Origin: Nitrososphaerota archaeon
GTDB taxonomy: Archaea > Thermoproteota > Bathyarchaeia > Bathyarchaeales > Bathycorpusculaceae
Assembly: GCA_031282985.1 (NCBI GenBank)
Contig: JAITCR010000006.1
Span: 1 to 44,662 of the forward strand
Direction of reading: 5' to 3'
DNA: 44,662 nt
This document shows positions 9,174-19,500 of this stretch, in pieces (positions within the stretch are counted from its first letter, which is position 1; each line of letters opens with the position of its first letter). The translations under genes and the position numbers were made by a program. The notes below the pieces were generated by a model, which did no database searches, had not been told where the DNA came from, and saw only the letters and a list, made by a program, of their open reading frames with translations.

Positions 9174-9825
9174 ATGCAGATAACCACGATAAATTACGGC
9201 TCGTTATTATCTTATACACCTTGGGAAAACTCAAAAGGAACTAGATTCCAAATTTTTTAGGCACACTTTAAAGGGTGGTCGATATGTACGCAATGATACT
9301 GTTTCTATGCCTGATTGGATAGCAGGTTTAATGAAACATAATTTGAACAGGTTACCGTTTGCAGATTTTTTTCAACCTAATGATGTTTTAGTTCCTGTGC
9401 CAAAAAGTGCTCCAATGAAAGACAAGGATAATACATTATGGGTTCCAAAAGATGTAGCCCAAGCATTGGTTGTTCAAGGTCTAGGTAAAGAGGTTATTTC
9501 CTGTCTTATTAGAACTAAACCTGTAAAGACGGCACACTTGTGTGAGGGAACTAAACGGCCGAAAGCTATCGACCATTATGATTCGATAACTGTTCAGGGT
9601 ACACTCTATAAAACCGAACGCATTGTGTTGATTGATGATTTTGTTACTAGGGGTGCAACGTTTTTGGGTTGTGCAAATCGTTTAATTGAGGTTTTTCCCA
9701 AGTGTAAGGTAAATGCTTTTGCAGTTATACGTACTATTAGTTATTCTCCTGACTTCAAATGTGTGTATTCTCCTTGTGTTGGTGATATTAATTTGTGCGG
9801 GGAAGAAACTTTTAGACAACCTTAA
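9174..9825 (+). pseudogene. ComF-like phosphoribosyltransferase, apparently frameshifted near 9235 (intact part 9307-9825)
   Basis: LVPVP and IVLIDDFVTRGATF PRPP loop; ATG at 9174 directly after dprA is out of frame by one base. Confidence 0.7.
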
Positions 9826-9862
9826 CTTTTGAAGAAGAAGCGTGTACTACATTGACTTGTAT

Positions 9863-10093
9863 AAAATGGAAGAATCCAGCAAATACTGGACACTTCCTAA
9901 CCCCATTTTTCTACACAAACACTAATACAATCTATAAAACCGCCAAGCACATAAACCTTCCCTGGTTACGTACTCCATGAGTTATAAACAACCCCTACAC
10001 CCATTGAACTATGGATAGCAAAAAGCATCATCATAGACACACAGGAGCTCTAAACATGACCCGAAAATACACAAAATCCCGTTGCCCAAAATG
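9863..10093. repeat. Chimeric duplicated segment: 9863-10001 copies 11632-11772, and 9998-10093 copies 8183-8278
   Basis: Near-identical sequences aligned by eye; junction in ACCCCTACACC, present at 8162, 9991 and 11762. Confidence 0.9.
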
Positions 10094-10235
10094 TGCAACA
10101 AAGGCAAATCAGCAAACGCGTTAAGTGTAAATGAGGTGGTGCGTTGTTTAAACAGGCCTCTTTTGACATGTACACTTTTTTAGGTAACTACCCTTAAATA
10201 AGTAAACTTAACACGTTAAGTCTAAGGAAATAAAT

Positions 10236-10856
10236 GTGGACACCAAAAAACTTGCCCTAACAATAGTTTTTGCCGCCCTGACCATTGCACTAAACCCTGC
10301 CCTGACACACCTTGCCTTCCCAGCACCCTTTGACCCTGGACTCTTCTACCAAATATGGGAAATCCCCATAATCATCGCCCTGCTGTTAATCAGTCCCCTA
10401 TCCAGCGTAACAATCTGCCTGCTAAACACAAGCATACTCTTATTCCTCTTTCCCGGCGCACTCCCAACTGGACCATTATACAACATGCTTGCTTGCCTAT
10501 CCATGCAAATCGGCATATACACAACCTTAACCCTTGGCAAAAAAATACGCGCTAACAAAAAAACTCAAACAAACATCATCCTCAATAGTTTTAAATGGCT
10601 TACAATTACAACAGCAATAGGCATTCTTACCCGTACAACATTTATGACTGTTGTGCACTATTTTGCACTTCCCCAACCACCTCCCATAGGCTTTGGATTA
10701 AACCAGGTTCTCATAAACACTTTTCTGCCCCTATCGGCAATATTTAACGCAACCCTTGCACTATACACCATACCCATAAGCTGGATAATTGCCCGCCAAA
10801 TCCAAAAAATACTCCAACTACACATGCCAAAAAATAGAACAGAGCAAGCAAAATAG
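10236..10856 (+). CDS. ECF transporter S-component-like membrane protein
   Basis: MDTKKLALTIVFAAL N-terminus, about 6 hydrophobic segments, YQIWEIP motif. Confidence 0.7.
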   Translation: MDTKKLALTIVFAALTIALNPALTHLAFPAPFDPGLFYQIWEIPIIIALLLISPLSSVTICLLNTSILLFLFPGALPTGPLYNMLACLSMQIGIYTTLTLGKKIRANKKTQTNIILNSFKWLTITTAIGILTRTTFMTVVHYFALPQPPPIGFGLNQVLINTFLPLSAIFNATLALYTIPISWIIARQIQKILQLHMPKNRTEQAK

Positions 10857-10863
10857 CACACGA

Positions 10864-11313
10864 TTAAGCCGTGATTGCTTCTTCTTCCTCTTCTTTGTTT
10901 ATTTGTTGTTTGTTTTCTGCTGTTGATGCTGTTGTTGTTGGTTTTTGTTTTGTTGGTGTTTCTTCTTTTGTTGGTGTTGTTTTGTATTCGATGAATGCGG
11001 TTTTTGTTGTGAATTTTTTGAGTAGTTGTGCGGTTTCGCTTTCTGTGTTGTATTTGTACATGTGGGCGTGTCCTATGTTGCGTGTGTGTGTTATGAGTTC
11101 GAGCTTTTCAAGTTTTTCAAGGGCTATGGTTGTGTGTCGTGGTGATACTCCGCTGTATTTTGCTATGTCTTGTTTGCTAAAGTCGTGGGTTTGGCTGTGT
11201 ATTTGCATGTAGTCAAGTATTTTGGCGGTTACGCTTCCAAATAGTCGTTCGAGTGGGCCGCCGTTTGGCATGGCTTTTTCGGTTTGTGTTTTTTGTTTGT
11301 TGGTTGTTGTCAT
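10864..11313 (-). CDS. Winged HTH protein
   Basis: AKILDY..FSKQDIAKYSGVS..LEKLELI..TRNIG..MYKYN pattern. Confidence 0.72.
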   Translation of the reverse strand: MTTTNKQKTQTEKAMPNGGPLERLFGSVTAKILDYMQIHSQTHDFSKQDIAKYSGVSPRHTTIALEKLEKLELITHTRNIGHAHMYKYNTESETAQLLKKFTTKTAFIEYKTTPTKEETPTKQKPTTTASTAENKQQINKEEEEEAITA

Positions 11314-11436
11314 TGTTTGTCTTGTTGTGTTATGTTTTAATCACATATAAAGGTTACTTTAACGTTGTTTCAACCCTACTTTTAAGTAACGTTTATATAT
11401 TATACCTTACATTAAAGTAAGATGTAGGAATATGCG

Positions 11437-11670
11437 ATGAAACAAATACTCGAAAAACTCCTACACAACAAATGCTTCGGCAAACACCACCTACAAGAAA
11501 CAACAATACTCAAAGGCTTCAACAGAAAAGAACACGGCAAACTCAAAACAACACTAAAACAACTATGCAAACAAGGCTTAATCTGCAAAAAACCTACACA
11601 ACACGGAATGAGCTACTACCTCAACACGTGCAAAATGGAAGAAATCCAGCAAATACTGGACACTTCCTAA
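11437..11670 (+). CDS. Small basic wHTH-like protein, divergent partner of 10864-11313
   Basis: LKQLCKQGLICKKPT.HG..YYLN helix-wing pattern. Confidence 0.6.
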   Translation: MKQILEKLLHNKCFGKHHLQETTILKGFNRKEHGKLKTTLKQLCKQGLICKKPTQHGMSYYLNTCKMEEIQQILDTS

Positions 11671-11747
11671 CCCCACTTTTTCTACACAAACACTAAAACA
11701 ACCTATAAAACCGCCAAGCACATAAACCTTCCCCGGTTACGTACTCC

Positions 11748-12095
11748 ATGAGCTATAAACAACCCCTACACCAAAAAACCAACAAAAACGAACTAACCCT
11801 AGCTAAAGCCCTCAACCAAGCCAACCTAACCGACGGCATGGTAACACAACAACCAATCATACTAAAAATTACCCTACCCGATTTCTGCTGGCACCTAAAA
11901 AAGAAAGCCATCTACCTAGACGGCATACAAGTCCACACAAAAACCCCCATAGAACAAAGAGACCAGGAAATCAACGAACTCTTAGAACAACGCGGCTGGC
12001 AAACCCTAAGAATACCCTACACCCCACCCCTAACAAAAACAGAAACAGAAAAAATAGTAGAACAAATAAAAGAATTCATACAAAATGAAAATTAA
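11748..12095 (+). CDS. DUF559/Vsr-like PD-(D/E)xK endonuclease
   Basis: PDF...AIYLDG..VH...RD...LEQRGWQTLRI. Confidence 0.75.
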   Translation: MSYKQPLHQKTNKNELTLAKALNQANLTDGMVTQQPIILKITLPDFCWHLKKKAIYLDGIQVHTKTPIEQRDQEINELLEQRGWQTLRIPYTPPLTKTETEKIVEQIKEFIQNEN

Positions 12096-12838
12096 ATTTG
12101 TACGGCATCTACAGAATGTAATTTTTCCACTATTTCATGAATCACCACAGCTTCCTGTTCGACATTTTCAGCCGCTTGACGAGTAAACACACGTCCATTC
12201 GAAAAAAGAAAATATGTTTTATTTTTATAACTAACAGCCATACATTCAACATCGCCACCTATAACAGGATCACGAACTAATTTGAGATACTCTTCTGATT
12301 CATTAACCGCTGACCCCTTAAGTCGTGCGGCAGAAACATATGGATCTTTAATACCTGTAGCACTAATTTCGATAACGTTTTCAAAAACGTCTATACTATT
12401 AATCTCAGCTTCCTTATCCTTAAGTTTAAAACATAAACTACTTAAAGGATCATATTTCCGTGACCCATATTGCTTATTTGCAACCGCAGAAATGCAATGC
12501 TTAATTCTATCTGAGTCAAAACCACCTGCAAAAATACCAATAATGTCACGCAACGGTTTTTTATAAAAAACACACAGTTTTTTAGGACCACGAAGAATTT
12601 TACGTGTGTTAACCATTACTTCTAATTTTTCATTCATTTCCCTTATCGTAATTTTGTCATCATAATAAACATCAACAAATTTACCAAAAACATCATTCAC
12701 CAAATACGTCTGTTCATACACTTCTTTTACATAAAGTCTAAAAATGTCTGCACCATAAGGGTAACTTCCTTTCTGAGTGATAATATTAACAACTTCTGCC
12801 ATTTGAGGCTTATAAAAAACGCATGAAAGAATCATCAT
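12092..12838 (-). CDS. Hypothetical protein, AT-rich
   Basis: Long ORF; TGATG overlap with the upstream gene suggests a start at 12838. Confidence 0.7.
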   Translation of the reverse strand: MMILSCVFYKPQMAEVVNIITQKGSYPYGADIFRLYVKEVYEQTYLVNDVFGKFVDVYYDDKITIREMNEKLEVMVNTRKILRGPKKLCVFYKKPLRDIIGIFAGGFDSDRIKHCISAVANKQYGSRKYDPLSSLCFKLKDKEAEINSIDVFENVIEISATGIKDPYVSAARLKGSAVNESEEYLKLVRDPVIGGDVECMAVSYKNKTYFLFSNGRVFTRQAAENVEQEAVVIHEIVEKLHSVDAVQI

Positions 12839-13521
12839 CAATTCACCAACGTTTTTACACACTTGAGTATTTCTTCCAAATTTGAATAAGTAATAAAAAC
12901 TCTTTTGTTAGAACAATGGATATTCAAAGTTTCATTTTCACCAACTTTAGGACAATTTTGGAGTAACTGTTTATTGTCACTTTCAAAAATTATGTTTTTT
13001 ACGATTAGATTTAACGGAATTTTTTCTTCCTTTCTCAAATTTTTTTCTATTTGGGAAAGGAAAACATCAAAATTTTTAATAAATAGCTTCAAATCATTAA
13101 CAGACATTTGCTCTTGAGAAGGAAAAATAAAAAACCTAATTTGATCTATCACAGTAAACAGAGGGATATCTTCTTGTTCTGACAGCATTTCTCCATCATA
13201 TGCATTATCATCTAAATATGTAGGAAAAAAAGTTTGTATATTTGGATGGATAGAATATCCAACGCGTAAACCATCAATCTCTAATTCGGTTTTTGATTTT
13301 TTCGAAAGGGAAACTTTTTTTACAAATAAATCATTAAATTCCTCTATCGAAATTGTATTATACAAAGTAAATACAGCATTGGCAATTAATCGAGTTTCAA
13401 TATTTTTCTTAAATAAATGACCTCTTACAAGTTTAATTACAGGTGGAACTATTTTACTGCCTACATTAATCGCCATCATTAGTTTTTGTTCATCAATATG
13501 GTACATCGCTAATTCTGCCAT
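12838..13521 (-). CDS. Hypothetical protein, very AT-rich
   Basis: ORF open to 13578; first ATG at 13521. Confidence 0.65.
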   Translation of the reverse strand: MAELAMYHIDEQKLMMAINVGSKIVPPVIKLVRGHLFKKNIETRLIANAVFTLYNTISIEEFNDLFVKKVSLSKKSKTELEIDGLRVGYSIHPNIQTFFPTYLDDNAYDGEMLSEQEDIPLFTVIDQIRFFIFPSQEQMSVNDLKLFIKNFDVFLSQIEKNLRKEEKIPLNLIVKNIIFESDNKQLLQNCPKVGENETLNIHCSNKRVFITYSNLEEILKCVKTLVN

Positions 13522-13788
13522 AATTAAACCATTTTTTAATATTGTAAATAGCAAATAAAAAATCTTTTTGACAAACAACGGTTTTAATAAGCACAGTCTA
13601 AAGTATAAGTGAAAGTTAAATCTTTTTGCCAGTAACCCAAAACAGTGAAAATAACAAAAATAGTTGAATAAATCAGCAAATTTCTAAACAACAACACAAA
13701 AATAAATACCGAATCATCATCAATATTCTAACTTAGCGTCATTAAAATATCCGTTTTTACCTAATTACATAACAGAAGGATTACCATT

Positions 13789-14691
13789 TTGATACCATTT
13801 CCAGAAGCTAAACGAGTAATATACAAGACCAATCCGATTGTTGAGTTAATTTGCGAATTTAGGTTCCCAAGAATCCTTAAAATAAACGAAAATGAACCAG
13901 TAGAATTTCAAGAAAGAATACGAACTAAATACCCGATTAATAAAATAACCAGTGGACATCAAGGTCAAGTTACCATAGAAATGTCGAACAATACTGTTGA
14001 TGCACCTCTACCACGTTTTTCTCACTCTGAAGAAAAAATTAAAAACCACCAGTTTTTTTCAGCAGACAACACTTTAATGGTAAACCTAAACAGCACCTCT
14101 CTAAGTATTGCCACTCAAAAATATGAAAAATGGGAAAAATTTTCACCACAGATAAACGAAGTATTAGGCATATTTGTGGATATTTACAAACCAGCTTTCT
14201 ATGAACGTATAGGATTAAAATATGTTGACGCAATTCAAAAATCAAAATTAAACTTGAACAATAAAACACCATGGGGTAAACTAGTGAAACCCCACACTGC
14301 CGGGTATTTTGCTAACAAAGAGTTAGCACAATTTGTTAAAAACTATATGAGTACAGTTGAAATAGATATTGATGAAGGCGCGGTGGCACAAATACGAACG
14401 TTTTTAGCTCATGTAACGGACATGAAAAAAACTATTCCAGTAGGGCCATCGGAAATAGCGTTTATAATTATAAGCGATTTGTTTTTCCTTCGCAAAGATT
14501 TAGAAAACGCAGCAAAGTCAGTAGATTATTTACATTCTGTTGCATATCGATTATTAAGGTCAATAATAACTGACAAGTTACACAATGCAATGGGCCTACA
14601 GAAGTATGACAACACAAATACGACGGCTAAAAATGTCTACAGACGAATCAGGACAAAATATGCCGTTTACAAAAATCAACACAAGTTTTGA
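13789..14691 (+). CDS. TIGR04255-family protein (C-terminus possibly extended by a 1-bp deletion)
   Basis: YKTNPIVELICEFRFP, YEKWEKF, RIGLKYVD and ITDKLH signature. Confidence 0.8.
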   Translation: MIPFPEAKRVIYKTNPIVELICEFRFPRILKINENEPVEFQERIRTKYPINKITSGHQGQVTIEMSNNTVDAPLPRFSHSEEKIKNHQFFSADNTLMVNLNSTSLSIATQKYEKWEKFSPQINEVLGIFVDIYKPAFYERIGLKYVDAIQKSKLNLNNKTPWGKLVKPHTAGYFANKELAQFVKNYMSTVEIDIDEGAVAQIRTFLAHVTDMKKTIPVGPSEIAFIIISDLFFLRKDLENAAKSVDYLHSVAYRLLRSIITDKLHNAMGLQKYDNTNTTAKNVYRRIRTKYAVYKNQHKF

Positions 14692-15127
14692 TAACTTGAG
14701 ACAAGAAACAGGTTTTTTTGCTGACGATTTTATATACCAACCCATACCGCCAAATCATATAGACATTTTTTCTCATATAACTGATTCATTAAAAACTTTA
14801 TCGAATGAAAATGTACAAAAACAGGCTTGCGAAATTATTTATTCGTTATACCGTGTTATAAATGATTTAAACATAACTGAACAATTTACAAATCATTTAG
14901 CAAAATTACATCTCACTGAACAGGAAGACAAAACTGCATTACTTGAGTGGAATTTTAAAAATTTTCGTTTTGGTTTTACAATAGAGCCAGATGAAAATAA
15001 AACCAGTTATTACCATGTTTCTCAGGATCATACTACAAGCAAATACAGTATGAACACTGAAAAAATATGTTCACGAATTAATAAAACTATTGAATATGTA
15101 GTGAGCTATGTTTTGGCGAATACTTGA
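14606..15127 (+). CDS. Hypothetical protein, middle gene of a three-gene cluster
   Basis: ATG at 14606 in frame with the track ORF; its stop overlaps the next start. Confidence 0.65.
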   Translation: MTTQIRRLKMSTDESGQNMPFTKINTSFDNLRQETGFFADDFIYQPIPPNHIDIFSHITDSLKTLSNENVQKQACEIIYSLYRVINDLNITEQFTNHLAKLHLTEQEDKTALLEWNFKNFRFGFTIEPDENKTSYYHVSQDHTTSKYSMNTEKICSRINKTIEYVVSYVLANT

Positions 15128-15600
15128 TGAGTTATCCAGAGAAATTAATACGTGGAATTTCAATCAGAGAATTTATTGATGCTAATGGTAGAGCTTCAGC
15201 AAGTTTATTTCAATTTGAGGATAAAGTAAGAGAAGATGGATTTCATGAAACATCAATAAGTTGGTATGATGAAGAAGATTCGTTATGTTGTGTTATGGAT
15301 CAAAAGAAAGAAGATGGTACAATACGATTTAAGATTGGAGCAGCAATTTTGTTACGCCATTGGATAGATGAAATAAATCTTCGACCGGATACAAAGGGGT
15401 TTTTAAGTTATGAACGGGCTCCACTGGAACAGAATAAATACCATGGGAATCTTTTTGTAAGCGATGAAGAGTTAACTAAGTAGATTAAAAATGTTATATC
15501 AGCAAGTATCGCTAATTGTGTAGAAAAAATTAATTATCGTGAACAATATGAAAGCGAAAAGTGCGATATTAATAATTCAGATGATACTACTTTCAAGTGA
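15124..15600 (+). pseudogene. Putative ADP-ribosyltransferase-fold protein interrupted by an in-frame TAG at 15481-15483
   Basis: LIR...F...SISW...N.YH pattern; frame stays open 38 codons past the TAG, to TGA at 15598-15600. Confidence 0.45.
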
Positions 15601-15650
15601 GATAAAAAAATAATAGATACAACAGACAATAGCTATGAGCAGTAAGGGAG

Positions 15651-15842
15651 TTGTTAAAAATTAGTTTAAAATGTCCTGAATGTGGAAGCTTACTTAAAAA
15701 AGACAGCATAACATCATCATCATCTGAAGAAGTAATTATATGCACCGTTTGTGAAACGCAATACAAAACAGTAACAAACGCTGAGGGTAAAACCTGTTTA
15801 GAAATGTTTGTTTTTGAAGGAAACGACCCTGGCGAACTCTAA
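15651..15842 (+). CDS. Zinc-ribbon protein (CPECG...CTVC)
   Basis: Two CxxC motifs; AAGGGAG upstream of TTG. Confidence 0.6.
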   Translation: MLKISLKCPECGSLLKKDSITSSSSEEVIICTVCETQYKTVTNAEGKTCLEMFVFEGNDPGEL

Positions 15843-16330
15843 CAACAACAACAATAACTTTGCAGACAGGTAGGAGTTGACAGGGAACGAAAAAACCTAA
15901 AATTTCCCTGCAACTTTTATGGAGGAAACCTACCTGCACACCCAATAACAATAGCCTGTTGTTTAAAAACTTGTTTTCCATACCCGATATATACCCAAAA
16001 AAGAATAACCTTAAACACCAACACCAACCACCACATAATAGCCAACTATTAATGGCACATTGGCAAGGTGAAACATGATGGTGGATAACTCTGGAGAAGA
16101 AAAGAAAGCCGCCCAAATAGCCGAAATAAGACAATACCTCATACACGCAGGAATAATAAAACCAACCCACAACAACGCCAACAGCAGTAACAGTAGCAGA
16201 CCTGTGGATGATAAAAAATAATGGCAGTTTGTAATACTAAAATTAGTTAGGATCCTTTTTGTTTGTCGCGAAAGGGTAACTTTTTGTTGCCAAAGGGGGG
16301 TATTAAGTTAAAAAAGGGTAGTGTTTATGG

Positions 16331-16546
16331 TTAAGTTTGTTTTGTTTTTATGGGTGTTTGGAGTTCGGCAAGTTTGGTTTCGAGTTCGCGGATTTTTTGG
16401 TCTTTTTCTGCGATTATTGCGTTGAGGGTTTGGCTGATTGATTGGGCTAAGTCGTCCATGCGTAAACTGATTCTTGCGATGGCCTGCTGAGTCTGCGGAC
16501 TAAACAGGGCTGCTGATTGTTGTTGTTGGGGTTGTTGTTGGGTCAT
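16331..16546 (-). CDS. 71-aa coiled-coil protein (start re-called to ATG at 16546)
   Basis: ATGA overlap with the hub gene stop; GAGGTGA SD-like site; heptad C-terminus. Confidence 0.65.
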   Translation of the reverse strand: MTQQQPQQQQSAALFSPQTQQAIARISLRMDDLAQSISQTLNAIIAEKDQKIRELETKLAELQTPIKTKQT

Positions 16547-19500
16547 GTGTTTTTCACCTCGCGTAATTGTTGTTCTAGTTCTTCGATTTTTGCGACAAGT
16601 TTTGCAAGTGTAGCTGCGTGTTCGAGGGTTAAGAATGCGGTTGCTTCTTCTTGTTTGCCTGTGTTGCGTGTGTATTTGTCTAGCCATTCTTTTTGGTGTT
16701 CTGGGCAGGGTTGTTTAACTGATTTTCCGCAGGTGCAGATTATTTCGTCTTCTTTGCCTTTTTCAAGGTTGTAGGTTGTGTGGTAGAGGGTTTTTGTTGT
16801 TTCGTGTGTTAAAAGGTTTAATGCGTCTTGTTCGTTTTGGATTTCGCGGTTTACTTCTTGTCCGCTTAGGTTGCGTTCGCAGTTAAATCGATATTGATCT
16901 TTGTAGCAGGACATGGCGGTCCAGACGGAGTCGAAGTAATTGTTTTGGGAGCCTACGTTTAAGCCGCCGTATGCTGGTATTAGGCTGTTGTATAGTGCTA
17001 TGCTGTAGGGGCCGTTTGCTCTTAGGTGGGTTACGTCTAGGGCGCCGTGGCAGGTTATGTTGCCTGCTATGGTGGTGCTACGGGTCATGGTTACGTCGGT
17101 GAAGGTGACGGCGTTGTAGGTGTTTAGGTTCTGGTTAAACGGGTTGGAGGAGGGGCCGGTGAATGTGCCGGTTACTGTAACGTTGCCGTCTAGCGTTATC
17201 ATGTTGCCGCTACTGCTGTAGTGTATGTAACTGTTGTATCGTGAGGGGCTATAGATGTCTTCTGCTGTAACACCCCCCGATGCTGCCACGTAGCCGGCGT
17301 TAATGTGTACGCCGTAAATGTCCCGATAAGACAAGTTATAACTGCCCAAATCTATGTTATTGTTACTAGCAGGCACCAAAGGGTTGTTTAAAGTAATGTT
17401 TCCGCTGCCCGTGGGAGTGCTTAAGTATTTTGTGCCAACAAAGCCTTCGCTGATCAGGTTGTTGGCGTGTATGTGGCTCCATTTTGTAACTTTTTTGGTG
17501 GCCATGGCATAGGATGCAAAAAAGTTGACGGTGTTGTAGCGTTCGTCTGTGCCTTCTACACACCAAACAAACGGGCTGCCGCCTTCGGGTGCCCATCCGC
17601 ATTTTTGGGTGGTTCCATCCTTGTTTAGACCACCGTAGAGTAGTAGGCCGCCTTCGTAGGTGGAGTGTATTCCTCTGCTTTGAATATCGCCTCTTACAAG
17701 TATGTTGTAGCCTACCCCTAAAGTAGGGCCTACATCTACTCCATTGCTAACGGCGCAGCCGTAAATGTCAAACCAGTTTCCTGTTTCCTTATCGCTAAAC
17801 TTGATTACTGCGGATCGGTCAGGCCAATTGCCCGGATTAGTCCAGAGCCAATCGTAGACTTGATGTCGCACACCATCCTCAATAAGTATAGGCCACTTAC
17901 CCTTAACCACCAAATCCTCAGTAATATCGCCCCCATTCCAACTTGAAGAACCCCCACCACCACCACCAGAACCACCCCCACCAGAACCACCCCCAGAGTT
18001 ATCTTCAAGGGTCATTAAACGGCGTTCATGACCAATATTTATGGCGTTTTGTGGGTGTCTTGTCTGTCTAAGTCTTGCAGCGTTAATGTTTTGACCCCCA
18101 TTATGACGTACCACCTCCACAACCGTTAACCCCTCAAACCCGGCTTGATTAGGCTGCCCCGGAAACAATATGTGCTTCAAAGAAATAATACGACAAACCT
18201 CTGGCGTAACACCTGAACCAATATGATATTCAGGAGCCAACACGTAAACAAGCAAGCCAGCATACAACAAGTTAGACTGAAACTCACAAGTTAAAGTGTA
18301 CTTGCTAAAAGGGTCTTTACGAGATTGCACCTCCATATCAGCAACAGCTTGAACTTCCAATTGACTTTTAAGATCAGGCCGATAAAGACTTACCATTTTA
18401 CGACCATACTTCTGCTGACTCGATTTATCTTCGGATATAGCAAAAATTTCTAACGCTTCTGAAGAGGATATTGTTAAACCGTCAACCCAAAAATCACAAG
18501 AAAAATTAGTTCCACTAGCATTTAACCCGTTAGGATGGAATTCAAAAGCTATAGAGGTAATTATCCAGTTAAAACTTGTTTCAGGTCCAGTACTATCTAT
18601 TGATACCCATCGCCTATCTGGGTGACCAATAGTAAATTTAGAGGGCGTTGGTGCATTGTAGCCTAATACAAAATCGATTTTCTTCCACTCATTTTTATCT
18701 ATACTTTCTGTAACCCAACGCATCTTACGACCATTAGAGTCTGTTATTATAATTACAAAAAAGCCTTTATCAGATGCTAAGGTAGCAACATTGTTATGTG
18801 AAATATAGATGCTACAATTTTCGTAGGATATGTTACTGTAATCGATGTTTTGATAGTTAAATAATGGGAAATCAAATTTTATTTGAGGTCCAAAATTACC
18901 ATAAGGTGCTCCAGTAGTTAAATTGTTTTTATCCCAACTATGAGTAAGATTAATACATGATGCTTTTATTGATGCTGATCCAACAGCAAAAATGGAAGTA
19001 TCATCAGAAAGAATTAATCTTGTGGCATAATCTGAGGTTGCACTGTTTTTTGATAAATATTGTGCTGTTCTTTCGGTTAGGTGGTCTGCGAGTTTTCCGG
19101 CTTTAACTTTAACCCAATTGTAAATGTTTGAACCAATACGGCCGTTTGGATTTACTTCTAAAATGTTGTTTGTTTTTTCGCCAGGCAAATTGTACAGCAT
19201 GACGTTTGTGTTTGGAACATCAGCCAACGGGAACGCATACAAATGGCGGTCGTCTTGGTTTACAACATATGTGTATGAACTTTGTTCGCTGGCATCTTCG
19301 AATATGTCAATTAAATATCGGTCGGTAGATTCAAGCAACTTAATAATTGGCCCTTTGGTTCCAACTGGAAAAACATCCGCGTTTGGGTTACAGAAAATTT
19401 CACTACCCGAAGCAAGAAGAGCAACATTGATTATGTCGCCTATGTGTGCATCGCTAAAATTAGCTCTTTGAGGTAGCATTAAATTTACAAGGTCAGCAGC

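Noticed and set aside
8491..9825. DprA/ComF as natural competence genes
   Set aside because: Short DprA adjacent to a PRTase inside a viral hotspot, with no uptake machinery; a defence-type pair fits better
8162..11772. Duplicated segments as a DGR template/variable repeat pair
   Set aside because: No reverse transcriptase in the window, differences are not adenine-specific, and the repeats span gene boundaries
15736..16170. 144-aa minus-strand ORF
   Set aside because: Overlaps the zinc-ribbon gene and a hairpin, with low-complexity composition; probably spurious or a remnant
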